Source of the DNA: Geosiphon pyriformis uo1
Lineage: Eukaryota; Fungi; Glomeromycota
Direction of reading: 5' to 3'
Assembly (NCBI GenBank): GCA_016748015.1
Contig: JAAOMT010000303.1
Location: 1,034,562 to 1,098,561 of the forward strand
DNA: 64,000 nucleotides
The position numbers and the translations under genes are program-made. The notes below the pieces were generated by a model. It did not search any database. It was not told where the DNA came from and was given only the letters and a program-made list of their open reading frames with translations. Shown here piece after piece: positions 12,085-24,790 of the stretch (position 1 is the stretch's first letter; each line of letters begins with the position of its first letter).

Positions 12085-15000
12085 TTATTTCCTTCTTTTT
12101 AATATTAAGCTCTATTGAAATCTTCTAAACTTTCTAAATTTCCTTTTTGAATTAGCTCTATAACTTCTTTTTTCAGAATTACTTTTGTAATTTTGGTCTG
12201 CAATTTTTCAAATTGAGTGTTGATTAATTCTTCTAATTGATTAATGATTACAGTATCCATTGTTGGGTATAATAATATTTTTGGTCTGTCTTAAAATTCT
12301 ATTCATAATCAATATATGGCTCTTGTGTATGTGAATAAATTGTTTTTTTTAACAAGTTGTTCAATTTGTTATAATTAAATTAGATCAAATTTCTTTTTTG
12401 TTTTGTTAGTATATAAGTTTTTGATGCTTAACTGTTATTTCAACTGATAGTAACAAAAGTTCTTTGGATTTTGTTGTATCTATTGGCTTCAATTTTTTAA
12501 GATCAATTCATCTTTTGGTATTGATATTCTTGAATTTTTTAATGTTTTTTTTATTTTTCCCATTATTTTATTTACAGTATTTTTAAATATGTGGTATTTG
12601 GAATATTGTTTTTTGGTTTGGTTTTTTTGTGATATCTCTTTGTTTTTATACTGTATTATGTATTTATTAATAGTGATTTTCAGGCTTGATTTTTGTTGTT
12701 AAATCAATTATAATAGTTGTTGTATAAGTAAGTAAATATTGTCAGTAATTTTCATCTTTTCTTGTTATTCTTGTTGTGTGTTTTGGTTCCTTATATACTG
12801 TTTTGGTAGCTCAATTTAATGTATTTGCTTCAATGATAATGATTGGTTCTAGATCTTGTGGAATTTTATCTGGTTTAATTAGTATTCTTTGTATTTCCAG
12901 TTGTGGAATATTATTGGTAAATGATAATGCTATATTGTAATATAATTTTAGTTGATTCCCATGTTCTGCTTTAGCTAAGATTTTGTTGTCTTATCTTAGT
13001 TTATAAGCTTTATTTCCTAGAATTTCTTCAATATAAAATAGTTTGTCCTATTTGAGGTCAAATTTTCTATTCCATTGTTTTTCTACTTTGGTACAATATA
13101 AAAGTACTTTGTCTCCAATTTTGAATTTAACTGGTTTATTTGATAATTGGTTATCATGTTATTTTTTTTGTTTTTCTTGTAATCTTTAAATGTTATCAGC
13201 TGCTTTTTGTTTTTTGTTTTCCAATGTTTTCATTAATTTGTATATTCTTTTTAGCAATGTTTTTTGGAAGTTGGCTTCTGTTATTAGTTTTGTTGGATAT
13301 ATGTTAATGTTTATCTCAACTGGTAATGTTGTTGTTCTACTATAAACAAGTTTAAATAGTATTGCTTGTGTAGTATCTTGCTTTATTGTCTAATAAGCAA
13401 ATAGTACTGATAGTATAAACAAATTTCATTTATTCTGGTTTTCTTAACTGATTTTTATTATTGCTTTACATAATGTTCTGTTGAATTTTTCTACTAAGCT
13501 ATTTGTTTGTAGATAATATAGTAATAATAATAGTCTTTTGATTCCAAATTTTTAACTTAATTTTGTTAATGTTCTGTTTACAAAATAAGTTTCTTGATTT
13601 GATAATAATTTTTTTGGACATTTATATTGACAAATCAAATTTTGATAGATAAATTTAGCTATAAATTCTGCATCTGCTCTTTGGATTGCTTTTGCTTCTG
13701 GCTATTTTGTAAAATAGTCTATAGTTACTGCAATATAATAATTGTTTTTATTGGTTATTGTTAATGGTCTGACTAAGTCAATTCTAATTCAATCAAATAG
13801 TTGTTCCATTTTAATTGGTCTTAATAGTTTACTGGATCTTGTTTTTTCTTTTTTTTAATAAACATCATAATTTTGAACATATTAGATAATGTTTGAATAC
13901 ATTAATGGCTAATAGTATTTTTTGTTATATTTTTGGATTAAAATGTTCTTAGATTTGTTTTATTTATAACAAATCATCAATATTTCCGTTTTTTTTTTAT
14001 ATAATATACAGTATAATTAAATAGTGATAATTTTATTTTTCATCTTGCATAACAGTCATCTCCAAATTTTTGTTTTTGAATTGATGTTAATTTTTTGTAA
14101 TCAGTGTATACATCAAATTTTTGACTCAGATATTTCTTCTATTTTATAACAGTCTAATAGATAGCCAAATGTTCTAATGCTAAGATTCTATAATTCTTTT
14201 CAACTGGGCTTAAGCTTTAGCTGGTATATACTACTAGATATTCTTTTTCATCTGGTCTTTTTTGTAACAATACTGCTCTCAAGACTTGGTTTAATACATC
14301 TGTAGTAATGATAAATAGTTTGCTATGATCTAAATAGATTAGTACTAGTGCTTAAATAAGCTTTTTTCTTAAAATATTGAAAGCTTTTTGTTGGGTTTCT
14401 GTTCATTTATATTTTATATTCTTTGTTTGGAGCTGGTGAAATAGTTGAGCCAATTTGGAGAAGTTCTAAATAAAGCAACAGTAGTATCCAGCAAATCTCA
14501 AGAATGCTTTTAATTTTGTAAAATTTATTGGTACTAGAAAGTTTTTAACTATTTCGATTTTATTTGAATCTGTTTTGATGCTGTTTTTGCTTATGCTATG
14601 TCTCAAGAATTTCAGTTCTGTTTTACTAAAGAAACACTTTATAGCATTCAACCTTAATTTAACTTTTCTTAATTTTTCAAATACTTATTGAAAATAATGG
14701 AAATAATCATTGAATGTTTTGAAAAACACATTGGTGTTATCCAAATAGACTACTACTAATTTCCATAGTAATCCTGTATAGACAATTTCTATTAGTTATT
14801 AAAAGATAGCTGGAGTATTCATTAAGCCAAAAGACATAATATTAAATTCAAAGTTTTCTTCTCTGGTAATGAATGCTGTCTTCTTTTTGTCAGCTGAATT
14901 CATGGCTACTTGCCAGTAACTACTGTCTACATTTAGTGTTGAAAACCGTTTTTTTTCTCCAAATGCATTAAATAGTTTTTGAATCTGTAGAATTGAATAG

Positions 15001-15781
15001 TTGTTTCTATAGATAATACTATTAAGCTTTCTGTAATTCACACAAAAGTGGATTTTCCTATTTTTTTTTTCAGACTAGTACTACTAGTGATAACTATGAA
15101 TTCATGAATAGTTGAATTAACTCATTGTTTAACATTTTGTTGATTTTCTGTTGGATAATTTCATGACTTGTTAATGGTACTCTGTATGGTTTTTGTTTGA
15201 TTAACATTGTATTTTCAATTTTGATTTGGTATTGGATAATATCAGTTCTGTTAAATTTATTTTCACTGGCAAAAATATTGGTGAAATTGTTAAGTAATAT
15301 TTTGAACTATATATGTTAAAGTGGGTCTAAGTTTTCCAAGTTTTTTTGGTTTAATTGTTCTGATTGGAGCAAATAACATTCTTCTTGTCCATATACTGTT
15401 TGTAATATAATATTCATATATTCACAAAGCTGTAGAAAATCTGAAATGGTGTTTGGTAATTGGTCTTCAACTTCAATATTCAAATATCCAATAGTGGTTC
15501 TACTTGGTATTTTGATGATATTTCTAGTTGTATTATAAATAAAAATTTTAATATGTTTATAATTCTTGGCCAATATGTAGAGTTTAGTAATTCCAATCTT
15601 TCTTGATTCACAAATAGTTGGTTTTGCTTCAAAAATTTAAGGCTGATCTCTTACTTTTCTCTTTATTACTAATATATATTAGTTATATGGTAGAATAAAA
15701 ACTGCTTAATGAGTAAAGATAATTTCTTTCTTATCAATTGTTTTTTTCTTTGCCATATTGACTAATATGTCTATTCTACTT

Positions 15782-16085
15782 ATTAATCCAAATCCATTTT
15801 TCTTTCTTGCTGTAATTCCTAACTTTTTTCTTGTTCTTACTAATATTAATTGAGCTATTTTTACTAGAAGTAGGAATATTGTTTGTGCTATCTTTTTATT
15901 TGGTTCAATTGTATATAGTTTTTTTGAATTATTTTGTAGTATTATAATGATATTTTCTATATATCTTGTGTTAATTATTTCTTCTCTAATATTAATTTCT
16001 TTTTTTGCTAAATTAAATCTAAATATCTTAGATCAAATCTTACATTAGTATTATGTACACATTCTGGCATGATACTTTCATTATT
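15782..16085 (-). pseudogene. dut: Retrotransposon-borne trimeric dUTPase domain (decayed, with an internal deletion)
   Basis: Minus-strand translation MPECVHNTNVRFDLRY / RFNLAKKEINIREEIINTRYIENI...PNKKIAQTIF...TARKKNGFG matches decayed dUTPase motifs 1-5 (AGFDL, RSSLA, GIIDxGYxG, IAQ, RGxxGFGS). Confidence 0.8.
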
Positions 16086-19000
16086 ATTACTGAACTATCT
16101 TAGTTTCTGCTCTATAGATAAATCTGAAAGCACAATATATTGTTTGGGTGTTAAATTGGAGTTTGAATTGTTATTGTTGTTGTTATAATAAATGAAGTTA
16201 GAACTATTGTAATCATTATTATCAGAGTTTGAATCAGAATTGAATTTCAATTCTGATTTTATGGCATATTTACTAATTAGTTCTTTCTTCTCAAGAATTA
16301 AATAAATTATTTATGATGGTAAATTGTAGATAAGATTACAATTGTCACAATATTCAAAGTTACTAAAAATTAAGCAGTATTTATAAAGTCTTGTATTTAA
16401 CTGTTCCAAATGCTGCTCTTGCTTTTCTTTAGTTGGTGCTAGGTTCTGATAATGTTCATAGAATTGTTCTGAATTATTCTTGATATTGTTAAAAATATTG
16501 AAAGTTAGAATATATTCAGATTTAAGGAGTGTAAGTGAATTATTTTTGATCTTTAGTATTTTATTGGTTAAAGCACTTTTTGCTTTTACACTTGCTATTT
16601 TCCAAATCTTATGTTTGTTATGTGGATAATCTTTCAATTGTCTTAGTGCTCACTTCCAAGTATTATCAAAAGACATTTTTTTTTGTATCCAGTCATTAAT
16701 TAGAATTATGTATTGGCACAATTTATTACAAGTTCCTCTTTATCTAAAAATATTATTTTATATTTTTTCATTAGGAAAAATTGTTTCACATGTGAAACAA
16801 GATTTATTGTCCCATTTTCTTTGTTTCTTTGGTTATCTTAAGTATTTAAGAATGTATAAATAATAGTAATATTTTGTTACCATTGGCCATTCTTTATTGT
16901 TATCACAACATATATCTATTGTCAACAATTTCTTGTCACAATTGACATAAATTAGTTTGGGTTGATGATAATTTAACTGGCTTTGATTAATGCTGGTGTA
17001 CAGAGTATATATAAAAGTGGTTGCTTGGAATATTTCTGCTTCTTTTTCCTTTTCTTTTCTTTTTTCTTCTTATGTGGGCACCAATAGTAAGTTGTTATAA
17101 TTGTTATCAGCCCAAGAGACTTGGTAAGCTTTTCAAATAGATTTTTTTTTTCTTAAATTCAATTAGTGGTTGTAGTTGAGTAATCTGTAGTTTGAAATAA
17201 TTACATGTATTGTTTATTTTAATTGAGTTGTAGCTCTTAAGTAGTCTAGTCAAGCACAATGCTGGTCTTGGACAGCCAGTTATTACTAATTAGTGCTTGG
17301 TATTATATAGCTTTTATGACAAAATTTTGATTTGCACAATAATGCTATTGACTTCAAAAAGAAAGTTATTGATTTTACCAATTGGAATCTTTGTTGTTCT
17401 ATTAGCAGTAATTATTTTTGTGCTGGCAGTACAATTAACTCAACAACCTAATTGGTCCATAAGTTGTTATGTGATAATGTTGTCTGCTAACCCACTATTA
17501 AGAATTAGCTTAATAGGGTAGCCATTAATTTTTGCATTAATGTATATTACAGTAATTAGTTTTGCTTCAAGGATGACTCTACTGAATAGAGGCATTTTAA
17601 CTGGTTTCTTAAGTTTAAAAGGGAAAATGGTAGTAAGTGATTTGTCTTTGGTGATGATTGCTGGTGGAATATTGTTAATAAGTAATTGAGTTTGATTGAG
17701 TTCTGATGAATTGGGTGTGGTAATTTCTGAGAATACTAAGAAATTTAAATAGTGTTAGGTATTTGGGTTTTGGACATAGTTAGTTCCCAAATTTTACTGT
17801 CATGATTCAGATTGTTGGGCTGCTGAACTGGAGATTGGTTGGTATATTACTATTGCCAATCTCTTGTTCTGGCAGATTTGAGTAGTTTTTGACCTTTGGC
17901 TTCTATTTTAAGTTAAGTTTTGTGGCTGGGTTTGAATTTGTTGGTGTTAATAAATGATTTGTGGCTGCAGTTAATATATTGTTAATGTTGGAGTCTAATA
18001 AATTAGCAGTGAGTATATTTGCTATATTATTAATAGATAATAAGACTAATATTGGTTTTGATTTGGCTGATAGTTTGGAGTTTGAAATTAGTAATTGGGG
18101 TTTTGATATTAATTTTCCAATTGTGAATTATTTAATCAGATGTGACAGTCAATTTGTAAATGTCTTTGTTTACCGCAATAGTAACAACTATGTGTCTCTT
18201 ATTGCTATTGTTAATTGGTTGATAATAATAAACATGGTTGATTTTGGAGACAATTTGAGTTCTCTGAATTATTGCAATATTGTAAAGTTAATAGATTACT
18301 TGATTTTTAGCTAAGTATTACTCTAATTTTTGATTAATAAAATTACTAAATTGTTTTAACTTAGAGTTTAAGTCAAATGATTTATTTATTACTAGATTAA
18401 TGGCTTAAATGTAGTTAGCTTTTAGCTTGGCTGATTTGAAATCTCTGACATGTGTAATTGTATCTTAGAGTGTTTGTGAGTGCAATAAACATATACATTG
18501 TAGGAAACTATTATGCAAATCACAAATAAATTGATTTAAGATTTGTGGCACAGTAAAATAATTCATGTTAATAACTTGTATTTACAAATTTCAATGAAAG
18601 TGTCTCAAATAAATAGTGATGGCTTCAGTATCTTTTTGTTTAATAATAGTGAAGGTATTTGCTAGATAATTGATGCTATTATTATTACTAAAATATTTTA
18701 GGAATTCCAGTTTAAATATGTTAAAGTTTTGGGGTTTCTGAATTAAGCTTTAATACTATAAATTGGCAGTATCTTAAAAAAAATATGAATTTGTTTATAA
18801 TATTCTGGCATTGTCTTATCTATTGGCTGTGATAGCTTTTTTTATGTTGTTAAGCCAGACTTGCATATCATCCTCTTTATTGGTAAATTTCTCAAGTTTT
18901 ACAATTGGTGTGTAGACTATTAATACAAGTAATAGTTGTGATTGTGGTTGTTATTATTGAAGTTGTTGTTAAGATAATAATTGTGGCTATTGTTGCAGTT

Positions 19001-19872
19001 TTATAATTGATACAATTAGTAGTAGATTGATTATGATTACTGAAGATAAGTTTTAAAAAACAATAGAAGCAGAGTTTGGATTGTTTTGAATTTGTTGAGT
19101 TAAAATAATCAGAGTTTGGATTTTTGGATTTTTTAGAATTGAGTTTTGGTAATTAAATTCTTGATCTTTGTTTTTTTTCTCTTCTGAGTTGGTTCTTTTC
19201 TAAGAACTAGTGGCTCTAAAATCAGGTTAAGATGACAGTAATCAAAATTCTAACAGTATTGGTAATCATAATTTAAATTCTTTAAAGAAATTGTCATAAG
19301 TTTTCAATAAATCAGCTTTTTTTTGTTGACTTTGAAATGTTATTTTTATTGATGGTGTTTTTGCTGATAATAATACACTTCCTAATAATATATTGATAGT
19401 ATTATCAGTTATGTAATAATATGATAGGTGAATAAGTAAAACTATTCTTGATTTTTTCTAAGTAGGTGGTTGTATTTTTCTTAGTGTTTCTGCTGGTGTT
19501 TGTAATTTTTCTTTATCTGCAAAAAAAAAGGAAATTTCTGCTAGGTGTAATTTCCAATTTTTTTATTTATTTTTGTGATTATTTGTGCAAACAAATAGTT
19601 TAGTAAACATGTAATGCTATTAAATAATTCATTATTAAAACTATTAAAGGCAGCTTTTAGATTTCCTTGGGCTCTTAAATAGTATTTAATTTTTTTATTG
19701 ACATAGAAATTAAAAGTTGATTCTATTGGCCAATTGTTATTTATTAATCCAAGGTAACTTTAATATTGTTAAAATAGAAATTTTGTAAATTTTAAATGAT
19801 TTTTTTTTATTTTTTTTTGGTCTGTCACTTTTCTGAATAGTTGTTGCTGGTGTTGGTTTTCTGTTAGATTAT

Positions 19873-19890
19873 ACCTCACAGAGAGCACCA
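19873..19890 (-). promoter_or_regulatory. Primer-binding site of element B
   Basis: Minus strand TGGTGCTCTCTGTGAGGT, 2 nt from the LTR end; complementary to a tRNA 3' end ...CCUCACAGAGAGCA-CCA (resembles elongator Met or Ile-UAU). Confidence 0.8.
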
Positions 19891-19892
19891 AA

Positions 19893-20810
19893 TGTTACAG
19901 ATGATTATTTGGGACATGAAAACAAATAACAAATCTGTAACTTGGTGTTTAATAGCTTAATGGTGTTGGTAAATCTAAAAATTTTCATATCTAAAAGTTT
20001 TTATATCTGAAGATTTTTGTGGAGTTTTTTGTATAATAGACAGAGATTCAATGATTGTTTTAGTAGTTTTCCAGAATAGTGATTCCATCAAATTTTTTTT
20101 TCAGTATAGTGGTCAGTTTATTTTGATAGTCATGCTTTTTTGGTAAGCTATTTTTAAATTTCTATATTCCATATCCTTATTTTTGGGTTTTTTATCAGGC
20201 TAGCTTTGATGTTAATTACTTAGTGCTTAATTTCTTTAATTAGTTAGTAAATTAACAAACAACAAAAAAAAAAAAAAAAAAAAGAAAATAAGAATTAGTA
20301 TCTTATTAATAGCTGTAATCAAGAGCTATTGTTCTAGTGTAGTTAAGTATTGAATATTATCAACATTCTATGTTAATAATAGATAAATGGTAAAGATTTT
20401 TAATCAAATAACAATAACATAGATTGGATAATAATAAGTATGTTTATTGAATATTTTGGTGAATTTACTTTGGTTAATAATAACTATCCATAAAGTGAAA
20501 GTTAATTAATAGATAAAAAAGAAAATGCTAAATCAAAACTGAACCAAATACTTTTCTTGCTTTTAATATTACTGCTATATATACATAGTTGGTATTATAC
20601 AAGATTTCTAGAATTCTGTAATTCTTTTAGAGGAATTCTGAAATTTTGGAATTCTAAAATCCTGCAATTCTAAGTAAAGAATTCTGGTATTTTGAAATTC
20701 TGCAATTCTGCAATTCCTTCAAAAGAATTTTGGAATTTCTTTGTTACTATGCCTATTTCTGATTGGCTATTTTTCTAACTATATAATACTCCTGCTTTCT
20801 ATAAATAATA
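19893..20810 (-). repeat. 5' LTR of element B
   Basis: TGTTAC...ATAATA (decayed GTAACA); colinear with 11215-12084; internal 8-9 bp GAAATTCT-like tandem repeats. Confidence 0.92.
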
Positions 20811-23800
20811 TTATACATCTTAATCTACTACAAGCTAGTCTTTAAGTAATGTCATTCAATTAAGTTGTATGTTTTATACATATCTTGTAAGACCAATTAC
20901 AGTTCTCTATCTTTTTCCAAAATATTTTCTATTACAGACTCAATAACAAATACAAAAGACTAAATTGAAATATTTTTTAATGCTAAAAAATTATCATCTT
21001 GAAAAACATCAAACTTATTATATGTAAATAAAATCCAATTTAAAAAAATCTTTTTGGCTGTTTCAATTAATATAATAGGTTAGGTGTTTATTAAAACTTT
21101 GTTTCAATCATAAAACTTAGAGATTATTAAAATCTATAACTTTTTCTATAGAGCAAAAATATTATTAATAGATAAACATATATTTAGATGCTTTAAAAAA
21201 ATTTTATTACAGTATTACTACTATGCTTTTAAAGTTCATTAGAGATACCAAATAGTTCAGCAGCTTTATTATTAAACAAATCATTAATAACTACAATCAA
21301 TCTTTTTATACTGATTTTTTTTATTACTTCAGAAAAAATATTATTATTTACATAGTTCAATAATATATATTAATAAGCCCAAAGATTAGATATTATTATA
21401 AGCATAACTCACTTTTTTGTTTAGTTTTCTATAATTTTGTCAACATTAAACTTAATTTTTTCTGGCTTTAAAACCAATTTATTTTCTATCACCAAGTAAT
21501 CCAGAACTATTTTGTAAAAAATCTAATCTAAAATACTTTTTATTATATTTTCTTTATCAGAACAAAAACTTTCCATGTACTTCTTAATTGTTTTTCTTAT
21601 AAAAGCTTTTTCAGCCATTTTTGATTTATTAAGTTTGGATTTTCTGTATTTTTTCTGAACTGTTAACAATTGTTTAAAAATATATATTAATTTATTATTA
21701 TTTTAAACCATATTTATAATCTTAACAGTTTTTTTGTCATTTAGAGATGATTATTTTTTAACAAGACAATTAAACTCAAACATGTTACTTAAGTTCAATT
21801 TTTTAACAATCTTGACAATTAACATTTTCAATCCAGAAATTTTTGAAAACTGTCTGTTTTTTGAACATTAAAACTTACTAAACCAAAGTTTAGAAAAATG
21901 TTTTATTAGCTGACTCCACCATTATTTTTTTCAATAGCTCTTATATAATATCCAAACTTCCACAAATCCTAGCTTTTAAAAACTTATTTACTACTAACAA
22001 AAACTTAACAAAAGAACATTTCCTAAATTGTATCTATTTGATATTATTTGCATCTTTAATTTTAAATTTCTAGTAATTTTTATTAACTTGCTTGTATATG
22101 CTATTTAAACAAATATTTAACAAACTACTCAGACCAATTAAAACCAAAACTGCCTTGTAATTAGTGTTAAAAAGACTAGAAACAGAGCTGATCTTATAAC
22201 TAGTTATTATTAATAACAAATTCTCATTCACAAAAATATAATCTAAGATTTTTTTAACACTTTTTAAATTGCTCCAAGTAGAAGCTTTAACTAATAGATA
22301 TTTACCAAACAAATTAACCAATTCTAAATCCAAACAGAATTTGAAACTCACATTTTTTTTAGGCTTATTTTTATTGAAATTCTTATCCAAGACCACAAAA
22401 GTAACTTCTACAGTCTGACCAAACTTAATTTCAACAAAAACACCAGTGTATAAACCTAAAATTATAATTAAAAGCTTGTTTTTAAAGAAAAACTGCACTA
22501 AAATAACTTGAGTGAGAACTTTTTCTACTTTAAAAACATGTTAAACCAGAGAATTGTTCATAATAATAGCCACACTAGCACCAAAAAAACTTTTATTCAA
22601 ACCAGACATAAAAATTTGTATTTTATCAAACTTATTTACAATTTATGATCTAACACCAGATCTTAACTTTGTTTTTATAACAATAAAAACCATATTATTC
22701 AAACTTTTGTACTAACAAATAATATCTTTCTGCTTTGCAGAAACATTAATACTCTAAATATTATACATAGCAAACTTCTATACTAAATTAGTTATTGAGA
22801 CAATAAGAGTATTAGAGAGTTTAAACCAAAATACAATTGATTTAACTTCACCAAAACTGAACTAATTAAAACTTTAAAAGCCATTATTTTTGATTTTAAG
22901 CCACTTATTTTGGTGGTCAAAATTTTTGATCTACTCAAACTTAAATTCAATATCTTTTCATTTACAACTGAAAAAAAAGAAACAAATAACACAGGTAAAT
23001 TATCTAAAACCATATTCAAATCTAAATTTGAATTCATTAGTACAAATATAGTAAGAAAAAAAGATTGAAAAATAGGTGCCAGAAATACCAAATTTATAAA
23101 GTTTAATTTTTGCACAATACTTAATACTTAATTTATTAAAAGCTCTAAAAAATGCTTCAAAAATATCAAGCAGACACCAATAAATAAAATATTTTGAACA
23201 ACTAGAAGACTTTTTTTAATATGTAAAATACCAAAAAAAAAAGATTTAAAACCAAAACCAGAGTGAGCATTATCAAAAAAAACAGCAAGTAAAACTATCT
23301 GAGCTCAAAATTTGCCACCAAATATAGTAGAATAAAAAATAGAAACACTTTTTTTAGTATATAACCTTGTCAATTAAAGATAATTTTCTTTTAAAGCAAC
23401 TTGTTTATAAATTTTTTTAGAAGACAAGACAAATATGCTTAATACATTATATTTTAAAATTGAATATTCAAAATGCCCATACTTTTTACATCAAACCAAA
23501 TCTAACTTAATTCAAAAAAGTTTTATATCACTAAAAATTGGCTTTATACAAAAAACAGTTTCAAGTTTTTTACTTGTTTCAAAACCAAGCACAGCATAGC
23601 AAATTCTATTGCCAATATTAAATAATTAATTGATAATGCAAGTTTTTTCACTAGTCCTCTCCAATAAAGCACTAAAATCATGAACTGTTATTCTCACATG
23701 CAAAGTAAACAAAAATGTCTTGAACTGATTTTTTAACATCCAAGTTTTGCAATTTTTTATAGTCTTTATTATATACACTAAATCTTTTCTGATTAAGAAT

Positions 23801-24790
23801 GACTATTTTGCTGTCAACTAATTTGCTTAAGCCAATTTAGTGAAATCTATTACAGTTTTCTGTTACAGCCCAATTAGTTGCAATTAGGTTAATACTATCT
23901 GATCATACTTGGCTACTGTAGCAATAATCATCTCTTTTAATATATCCATAGGAATTTTTTTAAGCACTACAGTCTGATTTGATCTAATTTTTTGTTTTTT
24001 AATATTGTTGTTTATAATAATTCTTTTTTTTTAATCAATAATACAATTTTTTTTATGTTTTCTTTTGAAGTAAATATAGATTTGATAATTTTTTTAAATT
24101 TTAAAGAAGTAATAGTCTTTTTAAAACCATTAATTGATAAAAATAACTTTTTGATTGCCTATGTTTTAGCTATTGCTGATTTGCTTTTTATAGTTAACAA
24201 ATTGATATTCAAAGTGAAAAATTTTTTAATGGCTATTTTAACTGTAGTTTTTACTATTTTTGAGTCAATTCATTTTTTGTCTAAGAGAATATTAAAAAAA
24301 AATGAAAAAAAACCAACTTTTTCTTCTGTATTAAATTTGAGAGAACCTAAAAAAAAGCCACAATTTATATTATTAATTATTCTTTTGGCTTTGAAAGTAA
24401 TTATAACTGAATTTAAAAAAAATCTACTATCAATGTCTTCTATAATAATATTGTTTTTACTACTATTAAACTCACTGTCTAAATTTGAGTAAATATTATC
24501 AAAACCAGATTTAACCAAAGATATATTCTTTTTATTATCAAAGTATTTAATATTGTCAAAAACTACTCTTTTTTTTAAGCAAATAAGCCACTAATAGAAC
24601 TATAAAAAGTTTTTTTAAGTATCTTCTTCTTAGATATGTTATTACTTAAAACAGCTTCTAAGTTCATAACAAAAAAGTTATTAAATTGAGAAATATTGAA
24701 TAAAAAAAATAAGAAAAAAACAAAAAACTTCTTTTTCAAAACTATGCTTTTTGAAGAATTTGAAATGTAAAAAAAAAGTTTTTTTAAATT
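20811..24790 (-). mobile_element. 5' half of the same LINE (ORF1 with decayed zinc knuckle, APE endonuclease, RT N-terminal part)
   Basis: ORF 22070-22498 (...ILGLYTG...VLDKNFN...STWSN...KILDYIFV...FNTNYKAV) is a decayed APE (GDFN, IDY, SDH); it rejoins in frame with 11214 once element B is removed. Confidence 0.87.

Larger units (their letters stand above)
11215..20810 (-). mobile_element. Full-length degenerate Ty3/Gypsy element (element B, ~9.6 kb): gag-PR-dUTPase-RT-RH-IN
   Basis: Two homologous LTRs, PBS, PPT and a 4-bp TSD (TCAC / decayed TTAT); RT motifs NYRKLN, KKKTAFIT, MSFGLMNTPA, VVYLDN; protease KLILNSGL near 17500; integrase at ~12900-13950. Confidence 0.93.
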
